A DNA stretch of 24,000 nt from Desertibaculum subflavum (GTDB lineage Bacteria; Pseudomonadota; Alphaproteobacteria; Ferrovibrionales; Ferrovibrionaceae). Both the position numbers and the translations under genes were made by a program. The stretch covers positions 91,610 to 115,609 of the forward strand of contig NZ_QOZS01000004.1 of assembly GCF_003576705.1 (NCBI RefSeq). Direction: 5' to 3'. The notes beneath the pieces are model-generated. The model did no database searches. It was given only the letters and a program-made list of their open reading frames with translations, and had not been told where the DNA came from. Within the stretch, counting starts at the first letter, position 1. Each line of letters begins with the position of its first letter. Shown here piece by piece: positions 1 to 8,620 of the stretch.

Positions 1-294
1 CGCATGCACGCCCGGCACCGGTACGCCGCTGCCCTGCAGCGCGCGGATGATGCGGTATTCACGCTCCACCGCATGCGCCGAGGGCAGGAGTTTGCCCGGC
101 GGCTTCTTGCGCAGGACATAGCCGCGCCCGCCGGCGGCGAACCAGAACGTCGGGTTGGAATGTCCGCCGGCGAACTGCCTGACCTCGATCGGGCCCTGCA
201 TGGCCGGCAGGTTGGCCGCGAGCCAGCGCGCCAGCGCCGTCTCGTCGAAGCGATGCGCCTCGCGGACCGGCGTGGTTTCGGCCGGCGGGCGCAT
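1..294 (-). CDS. Phosphotransferase-family protein (APH/choline-kinase-like fold), N-terminal part only; the 3' end lies beyond the window edge
   Basis: Reverse-strand ATG at 294..292. It is absent from the ORF track because the frame runs off the window. My translation is [98 protein letters not shown]. This is collinear with the N-terminus of the adjacent 301..1368 protein (shared [31 protein letters not shown]). Confidence 0.8.
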   Translation of the reverse strand, partial: MRPPAETTPVREAHRFDETALARWLAANLPAMQGPIEVRQFAGGHSNPTFWFAAGGRGYVLRKKPPGKLLPSAHAVEREYRIIRALQGSGVPVPGVHA

Positions 295-300
295 GCGCCC

Positions 301-1368
301 TCAGCCGGTCTTCTTCAACATGCGCTCGACCTGGGTCCAGGCGGCGATCGCCATCGGCTTCGCCCGCTTGCCCTGCTCCAGCGCGCTGGCATTCGACGCG
401 GTGCCGGCCACGACGCGGCCCATGATGCCCTGCAGGATGCCGGCCAGCCGGAACATGTTGTAGGCGAGGTAGAAGTCGAGGTTGGGGATGCCGTCCCGCC
501 GGGTGCGCCTGCAATAGAGCGCGACGTACTCGTCCTCCGTCGGGATGCCGAGCGCCGGCAGATCGAGCCCGAGCAGCCCGCGATAATCGCCGCCGCCGAG
601 CCGCCAGCTCATCAGGTGATAGGAGAAATCGGCGAGCGGGTGGCCGAGCGTGGAGAGCTCCCAGTCGAGCACCGCCAGCACGCGCGGCTCGGTCGGGTGG
701 AAGATCATGTTGTCGAGCCGGTAGTCGCCGTGCACCACCGACGTCTCTTCGCCCGGCGGAATGTTCTTCGGCAGCCAGGCGATCAGGTTCTCCATCTCCG
801 GGATCAGCTCGGTCTCGCTGTCCTTGTACTGCTTGGTCCAGCGATGGATCTGGCGCTGGATGTATTCGGTCGGCTTGCCGAAATCGGCAAGGCCCACCGC
901 CTGCCAGTCGACATTGTGCAGCGCCGCGATGGCGCGGTTCATGTCGTCATAGACCTTGGCCCGCTGGTCCTTGGGCAGGTCGCCCAGCGACTGGTCCCAG
1001 AAGACGCGGCCTTCGACGCAATCCATCACGTAGAACATGGTGCCGATGACGCTGTCGTCGGTGCAGAGCGCATAGGGCCGCGCCACCGGCACGTCGGTCG
1101 GGTGCAGCGCCGAGATCACCTTGAACTCGCGGTCGACGGCATGGGCGGAGGGGAGCAGCTTGCCCGGCGGCTTGCGGCGCAGCACATAGCGCTTGCCCGC
1201 GCCATCGGTCAGCCGGAAGGTCGGGTTCGACTGGCCGCCCTTGAACTGCTCGACCGTCACCGGGCCCTTGTAGCCCTCGACGTTCTGGCGCATCCAGCGG
1301 TCGAGGCTCGCCTCGTCGAAGCGATGCTGCTCGCGCACCGGCATCGTGCCGACGTACTGGTCGTACAT
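301..1368 (-). CDS. Phosphotransferase-family protein (aminoglycoside/choline-kinase-like kinase fold)
   Basis: 355-aa ORF with [23 protein letters not shown] and the catalytic-loop-like VVHGDYRLDNMIF followed by VLDWELS, typical of the APH-fold family often found next to acyl-CoA dehydrogenases. SD GGGAGGAA sits upstream of the ATG at 1368. Confidence 0.9.
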   Translation of the reverse strand: MYDQYVGTMPVREQHRFDEASLDRWMRQNVEGYKGPVTVEQFKGGQSNPTFRLTDGAGKRYVLRRKPPGKLLPSAHAVDREFKVISALHPTDVPVARPYALCTDDSVIGTMFYVMDCVEGRVFWDQSLGDLPKDQRAKVYDDMNRAIAALHNVDWQAVGLADFGKPTEYIQRQIHRWTKQYKDSETELIPEMENLIAWLPKNIPPGEETSVVHGDYRLDNMIFHPTEPRVLAVLDWELSTLGHPLADFSYHLMSWRLGGGDYRGLLGLDLPALGIPTEDEYVALYCRRTRRDGIPNLDFYLAYNMFRLAGILQGIMGRVVAGTASNASALEQGKRAKPMAIAAWTQVERMLKKTG

Positions 1369-1445
1369 GAAGCGTTCCTCCCGGGACTGAACTCGAAGAC
1401 GGATAGCACCCCGCCCCGGCCGGGGGCAATGCGGCCCGGCCTACC

Positions 1446-2498
1446 CTAAAGATACTGCTGGGCGATGTTGCAGGTGCCGGCGGCGCCGATCTTGTCGAAA
1501 TCCTGCTCCAGCCACTTGTCGGCGGCGGTGCGACCAAGGCCTTTCAGATAGGTCAGGAATTCCGGCTCCGCGTTCAGCTTGGTCGAGGCATGCAGATCGA
1601 CCATCACATCGGTGCCGTCGATCAGGTGCATGTTGGTGTGGCGGTACTCGCTCGGGTCGAGCTTGCCCCCGGCGATCAGCCGGTTGACGAAATTGATCGC
1701 CCGCATCTCGGCGATCAGCGAGCTGTTGAAGGTGATCTCATTGACCCGGTCCTGGATCTCGCGCGCGGTCGTCGGCACCGCCTCGCGAAACACCGGGTTG
1801 ACCTGCACGATCACGATGTCGCGGCTGCCCGGCGCATAGATCAGCGGCCAGATCGCCGGGTTGCCGACATAGCCGCCGTCGTAATAGGCCTCGCCCTTGA
1901 CCTCGACGGCACGAAACAGGAAGGGCAGGCAGGCCGAGGCGAGCACCGCCTCGATGCAGACCTCGCGGTTCTCGAACACCTTGACCTTGCCGGTGCGCAC
2001 GCTGGTGGCGCCGATATGGAGGCCAATGCGGCAGGCATAGCGGATGGCATCGAAATCGACCGCCTTCTCCAGCACGTCCTTCAGCGGGTTCAGCCCGTCC
2101 GGCAGCTGGTAGGGGGAAAACACCCGGCCCAGCATGTCCATGGCGATATAGCCGGGCGAATTGTCGATCCGCCAGTTGCCGAACAGGCGGTCCAGCGGGG
2201 TGCGCTGAATCAGGCTCCAGGTCGCCTCGCGGCCGATTTCGCCCCAGAACGCGTCGAGCGCGGCGCGCGCGCCCTGGCGGTCGCCGCTGGCATGACCCGA
2301 GGCCAGCACCGCCGCGTTCATCGCCCCGGCGCTGGTGCCGGAGATCGCCTCGATCTCCAGCCGCTCGTCTTCCAGCAGACGGTCGAGCACGCCCCAGGTG
2401 AAGGCGCCGTGCGAACCGCCGCCCTGCAGCGCGAGCTTGATGCCCTTCGGCCGCCCGTGGCTCGATGGCGGCGGAGCCGGAGGCTGGGCTTCGCTCAT
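1446..2498 (-). CDS. Patatin-like phospholipase family protein
   Basis: Oxyanion-hole motif LALQGGGSHGAF and nucleophile elbow GTSAGA, with a later DGG (YYDGGY). I trimmed the 497-aa track ORF to the start at MSEAQPPAPP (ATG 2498..2496), because the upstream 147 aa are Arg/Ala-rich junk overlapping the next gene. Confidence 0.9.
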   Translation of the reverse strand: MSEAQPPAPPPSSHGRPKGIKLALQGGGSHGAFTWGVLDRLLEDERLEIEAISGTSAGAMNAAVLASGHASGDRQGARAALDAFWGEIGREATWSLIQRTPLDRLFGNWRIDNSPGYIAMDMLGRVFSPYQLPDGLNPLKDVLEKAVDFDAIRYACRIGLHIGATSVRTGKVKVFENREVCIEAVLASACLPFLFRAVEVKGEAYYDGGYVGNPAIWPLIYAPGSRDIVIVQVNPVFREAVPTTAREIQDRVNEITFNSSLIAEMRAINFVNRLIAGGKLDPSEYRHTNMHLIDGTDVMVDLHASTKLNAEPEFLTYLKGLGRTAADKWLEQDFDKIGAAGTCNIAQQYL

Positions 2499-3472
2499 CA
2501 GGTGCTGGGCTTCTTGCGCAGCGGCGGCTTCGGCACCGGGCGGATCGGCACGCGCACAGGCGGCCGCGGCTTCACCGCCGGTTTGCGCGCGCCCTTCTCG
2601 TACATGGTGACGATGGCGATGCCGTCCTGCTCCGCATTGCCGTGCAGCAGGAAGAGACGCCAGAGCTGGGTGGCGAGGCCGGTGATCGGCAGCGGCGTGC
2701 CGCTGGCCTTGCCGACCGCGGTGATCAGGTCGAGATCCTTTACCAGGGTCTTGGCCTGACCCTGGCGGGCGAAATCGTGCTTGATCATGCGCCGGCCGTG
2801 CAGCTGCAGGATGGTGCTGTCGGCGAAGCCGCCTTCCAGCACATCCGGCAGCAGCCCGACATCGACGCCGTTGTCGCGCGCCAGCGCGAACATCTCCGAC
2901 AGCATCGGAATGGTGCAGCCGACCACGATCTGGTTGCACATCTTGGTGGTCTGGCCGGCGCCGATATCGCCCATGCGCACGAAGCGGCGGGCGACATGCT
3001 TCATCGCTGGCCGCACCCTCTCGACATCCGCCTCGGCGCCGCCGGCAAAGATGGCGAGCGTGCCGGCCTTGGCGCCGACCACGCCGCCGGTCACCGGGGC
3101 ATCGACCCAGCCCATCCCCGCCTCGCGCCGGAGGCGGAGCCCCAGGTCACGGGCGGCCTCCGGGCCCGTGGTCGAGTGATCGACCACGATCTTGCCGGGC
3201 TTGGCGCCCTCGATGACGCCGTCGGGCCCGAACACCACCTCCTCGACCGAAGCGCCGTCGAACACGCAGAGATGGATGATGTCGGCCGCGCGCGCCACCT
3301 CGGCCGGCGAAGCGGCCTCCTTGGCGCCGGCCTGCAGCGCCGGCAGGATCTTCTCGCGGCTGCGGTTCCACACCGTCACCGGATGGCCGCCCTTCAGCAG
3401 GTTCAAGGTCATCGGCAGGCCCATGAGCCCCAGCCCGATGAAACCGAGCGGCGTCTTGCCCTTCTTTGCCAT
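2498..3472 (-). CDS. NAD(P)-dependent oxidoreductase, 3-hydroxyisobutyrate dehydrogenase / 6-phosphogluconate-DH NAD-binding family
   Basis: N-terminal Rossmann motif GFIGLGLMGLPM and family-typical blocks (DAPVTGG, GAGQTTKMCNQ). Start chosen at MAKKGK (ATG 3472) because GGAGGGG lies directly upstream. The stop TGA (2500..2498) overlaps the patatin ATG as TGATG. It carries an unusual Pro/Lys/Arg-rich tail of about 30 aa. Confidence 0.9.
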   Translation of the reverse strand: MAKKGKTPLGFIGLGLMGLPMTLNLLKGGHPVTVWNRSREKILPALQAGAKEAASPAEVARAADIIHLCVFDGASVEEVVFGPDGVIEGAKPGKIVVDHSTTGPEAARDLGLRLRREAGMGWVDAPVTGGVVGAKAGTLAIFAGGAEADVERVRPAMKHVARRFVRMGDIGAGQTTKMCNQIVVGCTIPMLSEMFALARDNGVDVGLLPDVLEGGFADSTILQLHGRRMIKHDFARQGQAKTLVKDLDLITAVGKASGTPLPITGLATQLWRLFLLHGNAEQDGIAIVTMYEKGARKPAVKPRPPVRVPIRPVPKPPLRKKPST

Positions 3473-3582
3473 CACCCCTCCGGCACGCAACGAGCGCGAT
3501 CCTATGGGGGCGGACGCCGGCGCTCAATCGCCGCGAGCGTCGCGCAACGGCTATGATGCCGCCAAAGCGCGGGAGGAAAGCG

Positions 3583-4497
3583 ATGACCGAACCGATCCTG
3601 CACCACTACGACATCTCGCCCTTCTCCGAGAAGGTGCGGCTGATCTTCGGGCTGAAGGGCATCGCCTGGGCCTCGGTGATCATCCCGCAGATCATGCCGA
3701 AGCCCGACTACACCGCGCTGACCGGCGGCTATCGCCGCACGCCCAGCCTGCAGATCGGCGCCGACATCTATTGCGATACGCGTCTGATCGCCGAGGAGCT
3801 GGAGCGGCGCTATCCCCTGCCGACCCTGTTCCCGGGCGCCGCCGAGGGCCTGCACCGCGCCGTCGAGGCCTGGGCTGAGAACGTCTTGTTCTGGCCGGCG
3901 GCGCGCGCCACGGTCGGCGTCAACGCCGCGCATATGCTGCCCGACTTCCATGCCGACCGCGCCGCCATGCGCGGCCTGCCGCCACCGGCGCCGGACAAGG
4001 TGCGCGCCGCCGGCCTGCTGGCGCAGGCCCAGCTGCCGCCGCAGATCGGCTGGATCGCCAGCATGCTGGCGGATGGCCGGCACTACCTGCTGGGCGACCG
4101 GCCGGGCCTCGCCGATTTCGCCGTCTATCACTGCCTCTGGTTCCTCGACCGCCTGCCGCACCGGCTGACGCCGGAGCTTATTGCCGACCGTGCCATGACC
4201 GCCTGGATGGCCCGCATCGCCGAAATCGGCCAGGGCGAGCGCGAGGAGATCGAGGCGGCCGAAGCGATCGCCGCCGCCCATGCGAGCCGGCCGGAGACCC
4301 CGCCCGCCTCGACCGATCCGGAATTGAAGCCCGGGCAACGGGTGACGGTGAGCCCGGAAGAGCGCACCTCCGCGGCGGTCGAAGGCGAGATCGTCTTCGT
4401 CTCGCCGACCTGCATCGCGCTCCGCCGCACCGACGAGCGCGCCGGCACGGTGCATGTGCATTTCCCCAGGCTCGGCTATGTCGTGAAAGCAGCCTGA
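3583..4497 (+). CDS. Glutathione S-transferase family protein with a C-terminal extension
   Basis: N-terminal thioredoxin-like GST region (ILHHYDISPFSEKVRLIFGLKGI ... RRTPSLQIGADIYCDTRLI). Start at MTEPIL (ATG 3583) is preceded by GGGAGGAAAGCG. About 90 extra C-terminal residues lie beyond a normal GST. Confidence 0.85.
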   Translation: MTEPILHHYDISPFSEKVRLIFGLKGIAWASVIIPQIMPKPDYTALTGGYRRTPSLQIGADIYCDTRLIAEELERRYPLPTLFPGAAEGLHRAVEAWAENVLFWPAARATVGVNAAHMLPDFHADRAAMRGLPPPAPDKVRAAGLLAQAQLPPQIGWIASMLADGRHYLLGDRPGLADFAVYHCLWFLDRLPHRLTPELIADRAMTAWMARIAEIGQGEREEIEAAEAIAAAHASRPETPPASTDPELKPGQRVTVSPEERTSAAVEGEIVFVSPTCIALRRTDERAGTVHVHFPRLGYVVKAA

Positions 4498-4574
4498 ACC
4501 TGACGCGGCTTCGCTTGCCCCGCCGGCCGTCATCGCTATCATCCGCCGCGATCCGTGAACACGAGGGGAACTGA

Positions 4575-4757
4575 ATGCGCGAGCCGCCGGAGATCGTGGA
4601 GGCGAAGGAGCCGGTCGTGGCCTGCGATGGCGATGCCGGACCGAGCGGCCATCCGCGCGTCTATCTCAACATGGGGGCGAATACCCAGATCGACTGCCCC
4701 TATTGCGGCCGCCGCTTCGTGCTGAAGCAAGGCGCCGCGCACGCGGCCGCCCACTGA
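4575..4757 (+). CDS. Zinc-finger (zf-CHCC type) domain protein
   Basis: 60-aa ORF with VACDG...HPRVYL...CPYCGRRF, the pattern of the small zf-CHCC proteins (NDUFS6 C-terminal-like). It lies 6 nt upstream of polA and has an SD-like GAGGGGAA upstream. Confidence 0.8.
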   Translation: MREPPEIVEAKEPVVACDGDAGPSGHPRVYLNMGANTQIDCPYCGRRFVLKQGAAHAAAH

Positions 4758-4763
4758 GGCCCC

Positions 4764-7556
4764 GTGGCTGAAGCGCCGCATCGCAAGCTGACGCTGGTCG
4801 ACGGCTCGGGCTATATCTTCCGCGCCTATCACGCACTGCCGCCGCTGACCCGCAAGGACGGCACGCCGACCGGCGCCGTGTTCGGCTTCTGCAACATGCT
4901 GGAGCGGCTGGTCGAGGACGCCGCCGCCGACCACAAGATCACCCATCTCGCGGTGGTGTTCGATGCCGCGCGGGAGACCTTCCGCCACCAGATCTACGCC
5001 AACTACAAGGCGAATCGGCCGGAGCCGCCGGAAGACCTGATCCCGCAGTTCCCGCTGTTCCGCCAGGCGGTGGACGCCTTCTGCGTGCCCAGGGTCGAGC
5101 TGCAGGGTTTCGAGGCCGACGACGTGATCGCCACCTATGCCCGCCTCGCCAAGGAGGCCGGCATCGAGGTCGAGATCGTCTCCTCGGACAAGGACCTGAT
5201 GCAGCTGGTGCGCGACGGCGTCGGCATGTACGACCCGATCAAGCTGAAGCCGATCGGCGCCGCCGAAGTGATGGAGAAGTTCGGCGTGCCGCCCTCCAAG
5301 GTGGTGGAGGTACAGGCCCTGGCCGGCGATTCGACCGACAACGTGCCGGGCGTGCCGGGTATCGGCGTGAAGACGGCGGCGCAGCTGATCAACGAATACG
5401 GCGATCTCGACACGCTGCTGGCCCGCGCGGCCGAGATCAAGCAGCCGAAGCGCCGCGAATCCCTGCTCGCCAACAAAGAACAGGCGCTGATCTCGCGGCG
5501 CCTGGTGCAGCTCGACGAGAACGTGCCGGTGCCGCTTGGCCTCGACAAGCTCGCAGTGCAGCCCTGCGACACCGACCGGATGATCGCCTTTCTGCGCGAG
5601 ATGGAGTTCGAGCGCCTGGTGGCGCGGGCGCAGTCGAAGCTCGCCGGCGCCCGATCGGTGCCGGCGCCGGCGGCGAGCGACGAAGCAACGGCGCCTGCCG
5701 GCCCGCTCAACTCCGCCTATCGGCTGGTGCAGAAGGCGGACGAGCTGAGGGGATGGGTCGACCGCGCGACGCGCGCCGGCTATGTCGCCGTGGACACCGA
5801 GACGACCTCGCTCGACGCCATGCAGGCGAAGCTGGTCGGCGTCTCGCTCTCGGTCGAGACCGGCGAGGCCTGCTACATCCCGCTCGGCCATGTCGGCGGC
5901 GGGTCGCAAGGGGCACTGGACCTCGATGGCGCGGCGGCGCAGGGCGCGCCGGAACAGATCCCGATGGCCGAGGCGGTCGCGATCCTGAAGCCGCTGCTGG
6001 AGGATCCCGCCATCCTCAAGATCGGCCAGAACATCAAATACGACGCACTGGTGCTGTCGCGGCTCGGCATTGAGGTCGCGCCGATCGACGACACCATGCT
6101 GATCTCCTTCGTGCTGGAGAACGGGCTGCACGGCCACGGCATGGACGAGCTGTCGGAGCTGGTGCTGGGCCACAAGCCAGTCAGCTACGACGAGGTGACC
6201 GGCAAGGGCAAGACCCGCATCACCTTCGACCGGGTCGGCCTCGACGACGCGCTGCGCTACGCGGCCGAGGACGCCGATGTCACCTTGCGCCTGCACCAGA
6301 GCCTGAAGCCGAAGCTCCGCGCCAAGGGCATGCTCTCGGTCTACGAACGGCTCGACCGGCCGCTGGTGCCGGTGGTGGTCGCCATGGAGCGCGCCGGCAT
6401 CAAGGTCGATGTCGAGGAGCTCCGGCGGCTCTCCGCCATGTTCGCCAAGAAGATGGGCGAGCTGGAGGCGGAGATCCACGAACTGGCCGGCCAGCCGTTC
6501 AATGTCGGCTCGCCGAAGCAGCTCGGCGAGATCCTGTTCGACAAGATGCAGCTGCCGGGCGGCCGGCGGATGAAGACCGGCGCCTGGGGCACCGACGCCG
6601 ATGTGCTGGAGGCGCTGGCCGGCGATGGCCACGCGCTGCCGCAGAAGGTACTGGACTGGCGCCAGGTGCAGAAGCTGAAGAGCACCTATACCGACACGCT
6701 GCAGCAGGAGATAAATCCCGAAACCGGGCGCGTGCATACGAGCTACGCGCTCGCCGCCACCTCGACGGGGCGCATCGCCTCGAGCGACCCGAACCTGCAG
6801 AACATTCCGGTGCGCACCGACGAAGGCCGGCAGATCCGCCGCGCCTTCGTGGCCGAGCCCGGCAACCTGCTGATGAGCGCCGACTATTCGCAGATCGAGC
6901 TCCGCATCCTGGCCCATATCGCCGATATCGAGCCGCTGAAGCAGGCCTTCCGCGACGGCATCGACATCCACGCCAAGACCGCGTCGGAAGTCTTCAACGT
7001 GCCGGTCGAGGGCATGGACCCGATGGTGCGGCGCTCCGCCAAGGCGATCAATTTCGGCATCATCTACGGCATGTCGAGCTTCGGCCTGGCGCGCCAGCTC
7101 GGCATCGGCCAGCGCGAGGCGGCGACCTATATCGACGCCTATTTCAAGCGCTATCCCGGCATCCGCGACTACATGGACCGCACCAAGCGACAGGCGCGCG
7201 AGCAGGGCTATGTCGAGACCATCCGCGGCCGGCGCTGCCATTTCCCGGCGATCAACGACAAGAACCCGGCGCGGCGCGGCTTCATGGAGCGCGCGGCGAT
7301 CAACGCGCCGATCCAGGGCTCGGCCGCCGACATCATCAAGCGCGCCATGGTGAAGCTGCCCGCCGCCCTCGCCCGCGCCGGCCTCAAGGCGAAGATGCTG
7401 CTGCAGGTGCATGACGAGCTGGTCTTCGAAGTGCCGGAGGCCGAGCGCGACGCCACCGCCGCCACCGTGCGGCACGAGATGGAAGCCGCCGCCACGCTCT
7501 CGGTGCCGCTGGTCGTCGAGACCGGCTTCGGCCGCAACTGGGGCGAAGCGCACTAG
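4764..7556 (+). CDS. polA: DNA polymerase I
   Basis: 930-aa ORF with a GTG start. It has a 5'-nuclease domain (LVDGSGYIFRAYHALP, GDSTDNVPGVPGIG), a 3'-5' exonuclease domain (VAVDTETTSLD) and polymerase motifs (SADYSQIELRILAH, RRSAKAINFGIIYG, QVHDELVFE). Confidence 0.98.
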   Translation: MAEAPHRKLTLVDGSGYIFRAYHALPPLTRKDGTPTGAVFGFCNMLERLVEDAAADHKITHLAVVFDAARETFRHQIYANYKANRPEPPEDLIPQFPLFRQAVDAFCVPRVELQGFEADDVIATYARLAKEAGIEVEIVSSDKDLMQLVRDGVGMYDPIKLKPIGAAEVMEKFGVPPSKVVEVQALAGDSTDNVPGVPGIGVKTAAQLINEYGDLDTLLARAAEIKQPKRRESLLANKEQALISRRLVQLDENVPVPLGLDKLAVQPCDTDRMIAFLREMEFERLVARAQSKLAGARSVPAPAASDEATAPAGPLNSAYRLVQKADELRGWVDRATRAGYVAVDTETTSLDAMQAKLVGVSLSVETGEACYIPLGHVGGGSQGALDLDGAAAQGAPEQIPMAEAVAILKPLLEDPAILKIGQNIKYDALVLSRLGIEVAPIDDTMLISFVLENGLHGHGMDELSELVLGHKPVSYDEVTGKGKTRITFDRVGLDDALRYAAEDADVTLRLHQSLKPKLRAKGMLSVYERLDRPLVPVVVAMERAGIKVDVEELRRLSAMFAKKMGELEAEIHELAGQPFNVGSPKQLGEILFDKMQLPGGRRMKTGAWGTDADVLEALAGDGHALPQKVLDWRQVQKLKSTYTDTLQQEINPETGRVHTSYALAATSTGRIASSDPNLQNIPVRTDEGRQIRRAFVAEPGNLLMSADYSQIELRILAHIADIEPLKQAFRDGIDIHAKTASEVFNVPVEGMDPMVRRSAKAINFGIIYGMSSFGLARQLGIGQREAATYIDAYFKRYPGIRDYMDRTKRQAREQGYVETIRGRRCHFPAINDKNPARRGFMERAAINAPIQGSAADIIKRAMVKLPAALARAGLKAKMLLQVHDELVFEVPEAERDATAATVRHEMEAAATLSVPLVVETGFGRNWGEAH

Positions 7557-7565
7557 AGATTTCGA

Positions 7566-7658
7566 CCGCCAAGGACGCAAAGAGCGCCAAGGAACGCCAA
7601 GTGGGTTTTTTGATCATCCTCCCCTTGCGGCCCTTGGCGTCCTTCGCGTCCTTCGCGG
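7566..7658. repeat. REP-like imperfect inverted repeat built from 9-nt units; probable polA terminator structure
   Basis: The left arm ccgccaaggacgcaaagagcgccaaggaacgccaag faces the right arm cttgcggcccttggcgtccttcgcgtccttcgcgg. Each arm is about four units of CTTNGCGNC or its complement. The loop carries a T6 run (tgggttttttgatc). Confidence 0.6.
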
Positions 7659-7682
7659 TGAATGATTTGTAGGGAGGAAGCG

Positions 7683-8297
7683 ATGCTGAAGATCTGGGGA
7701 CGGGCGAACTCGATCAACGTGCAGAAGGTGCTGTGGGTCGCCGACGAGATCGGCATTCCATACGAGCGCGTCGATATCGGCGGGCCGTTCGGCGGCAACC
7801 GGGAGCCGGCCTATCTGAAGCTCAACCCCAATGGCCTCGTCCCCACCATCGAGGATGACGGCTTCACGCTCTGGGAATCGAATTCCATCGTGCGCTACCT
7901 CGCGGCCAGCCGGAACTCGCCGCTCTTGCCGGCCGAGCCAAAGGCGCGCGCCGAGGCGGAGCGCTGGATGGACTGGCAGCTCACCTCGCTGCCCGGCATG
8001 ACGACCCTGTTCTGGGGCCTTGTCCGCACGCCGCCGGAGAAGCGCGACCCGAAGCCGCTGGAAGAGGCCCGCGTGCAGACGGCGGAGCGCTGGCAGATCG
8101 TCGACCGCCATCTGGCGGCGCGGCCCTATCTCGCCGGCGACAGCTTCACCGTAGGCGACATTCCGGTCGGTGCCATGGCCTATCGCTGGCTGAACCTGCC
8201 GATCGAGCGGCCAAAACTGGCCAATCTCGACGCCTGGTACGAACGGTTAAGCAAACGCCCGCCCTATCAGCGGCATGTCATGCCGCCGATGACCTGA
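7683..8297 (+). CDS. Glutathione S-transferase
   Basis: MLKIWGRANSINVQKVLW...LNPNGLVPTIEDDGFTLWESNSIVRYL is a classic bacterial GST N-domain. Start at ATG 7683 behind GGGAGGAAGCG. The track ORF started 21 nt earlier. Confidence 0.9.
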   Translation: MLKIWGRANSINVQKVLWVADEIGIPYERVDIGGPFGGNREPAYLKLNPNGLVPTIEDDGFTLWESNSIVRYLAASRNSPLLPAEPKARAEAERWMDWQLTSLPGMTTLFWGLVRTPPEKRDPKPLEEARVQTAERWQIVDRHLAARPYLAGDSFTVGDIPVGAMAYRWLNLPIERPKLANLDAWYERLSKRPPYQRHVMPPMT

Positions 8298-8427
8298 GAT
8301 CTGCCGTTCACTTTCCCGGCCAAGTTTTTCTTAAACTTTGCGGCGAATGATCGGGACAGTCGGGCACGCGAAGGCCCGGCCGGTCGGAGCGCCACTTCCG
8401 GCCTGTAATGCCTACCTGTCGCAAAGG

Positions 8428-8463
8428 GAGGGCCGCTCTCGCCGGAGCGGCCCTCTACTTTTT
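8428..8463 (+). terminator. Rho-independent terminator
   Basis: Perfect 11-bp stem GAGGGCCGCTC / GAGCGGCCCTC with a 6-nt loop, followed by tacTTTTT. It lies 130 nt after the GST stop. Confidence 0.6.
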
Positions 8464-8488
8464 CATCGGACGGCAACACAATTCGTCC

Positions 8489-8513
8489 GGAACCAATCGC
8501 GCGCCGGCGCGTT
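8489..8513 (+). promoter_or_regulatory. EcfG-type (alphaproteobacterial general stress response sigma factor) promoter
   Basis: GGAAC (8489..8493), exactly 16 nt, then CGTT (8510..8513). This matches the published GGAAC-N16/17-CGTT consensus. It lies about 108 nt upstream of the ATG at 8621. Confidence 0.6.
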
Positions 8514-8620
8514 GGGTGTGGCAGGAGCCCCGGCGCCGTCTCCCAAGGCCCGTTTCCCCCCTCCGTGCCTCCGGGCGCCGGGGTTCCGCCCCCGAAGCAC
8601 CCTTTCGAAGGAGGACCGCC

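Noticed and set aside
4-1449. 481-aa plus-strand ORF, plus several 60-200-aa ORFs overlapping the phosphotransferase genes
   Set aside because: They are antisense or alternative-frame to genes with clear kinase-fold motifs. The sequence is low-complexity and Arg/Ala/His-rich, and there is no SD.
4539-7580. 1013-aa minus-strand ORF spanning the whole polA region
   Set aside because: It is antisense to an unmistakable polA. Its composition is dominated by Arg/Ala/Gly/Leu/His/Asp with no recognisable motifs, the typical stop-free antisense frame of a high-GC3 gene.
7566-7658. Short periodic repeats considered as a possible CRISPR-like or tandem-repeat locus
   Set aside because: The units are only 9 nt long with no spacers, and they are arranged as two complementary arms. 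This is a hairpin-forming REP-like element, not a CRISPR array, and no cas genes are nearby.
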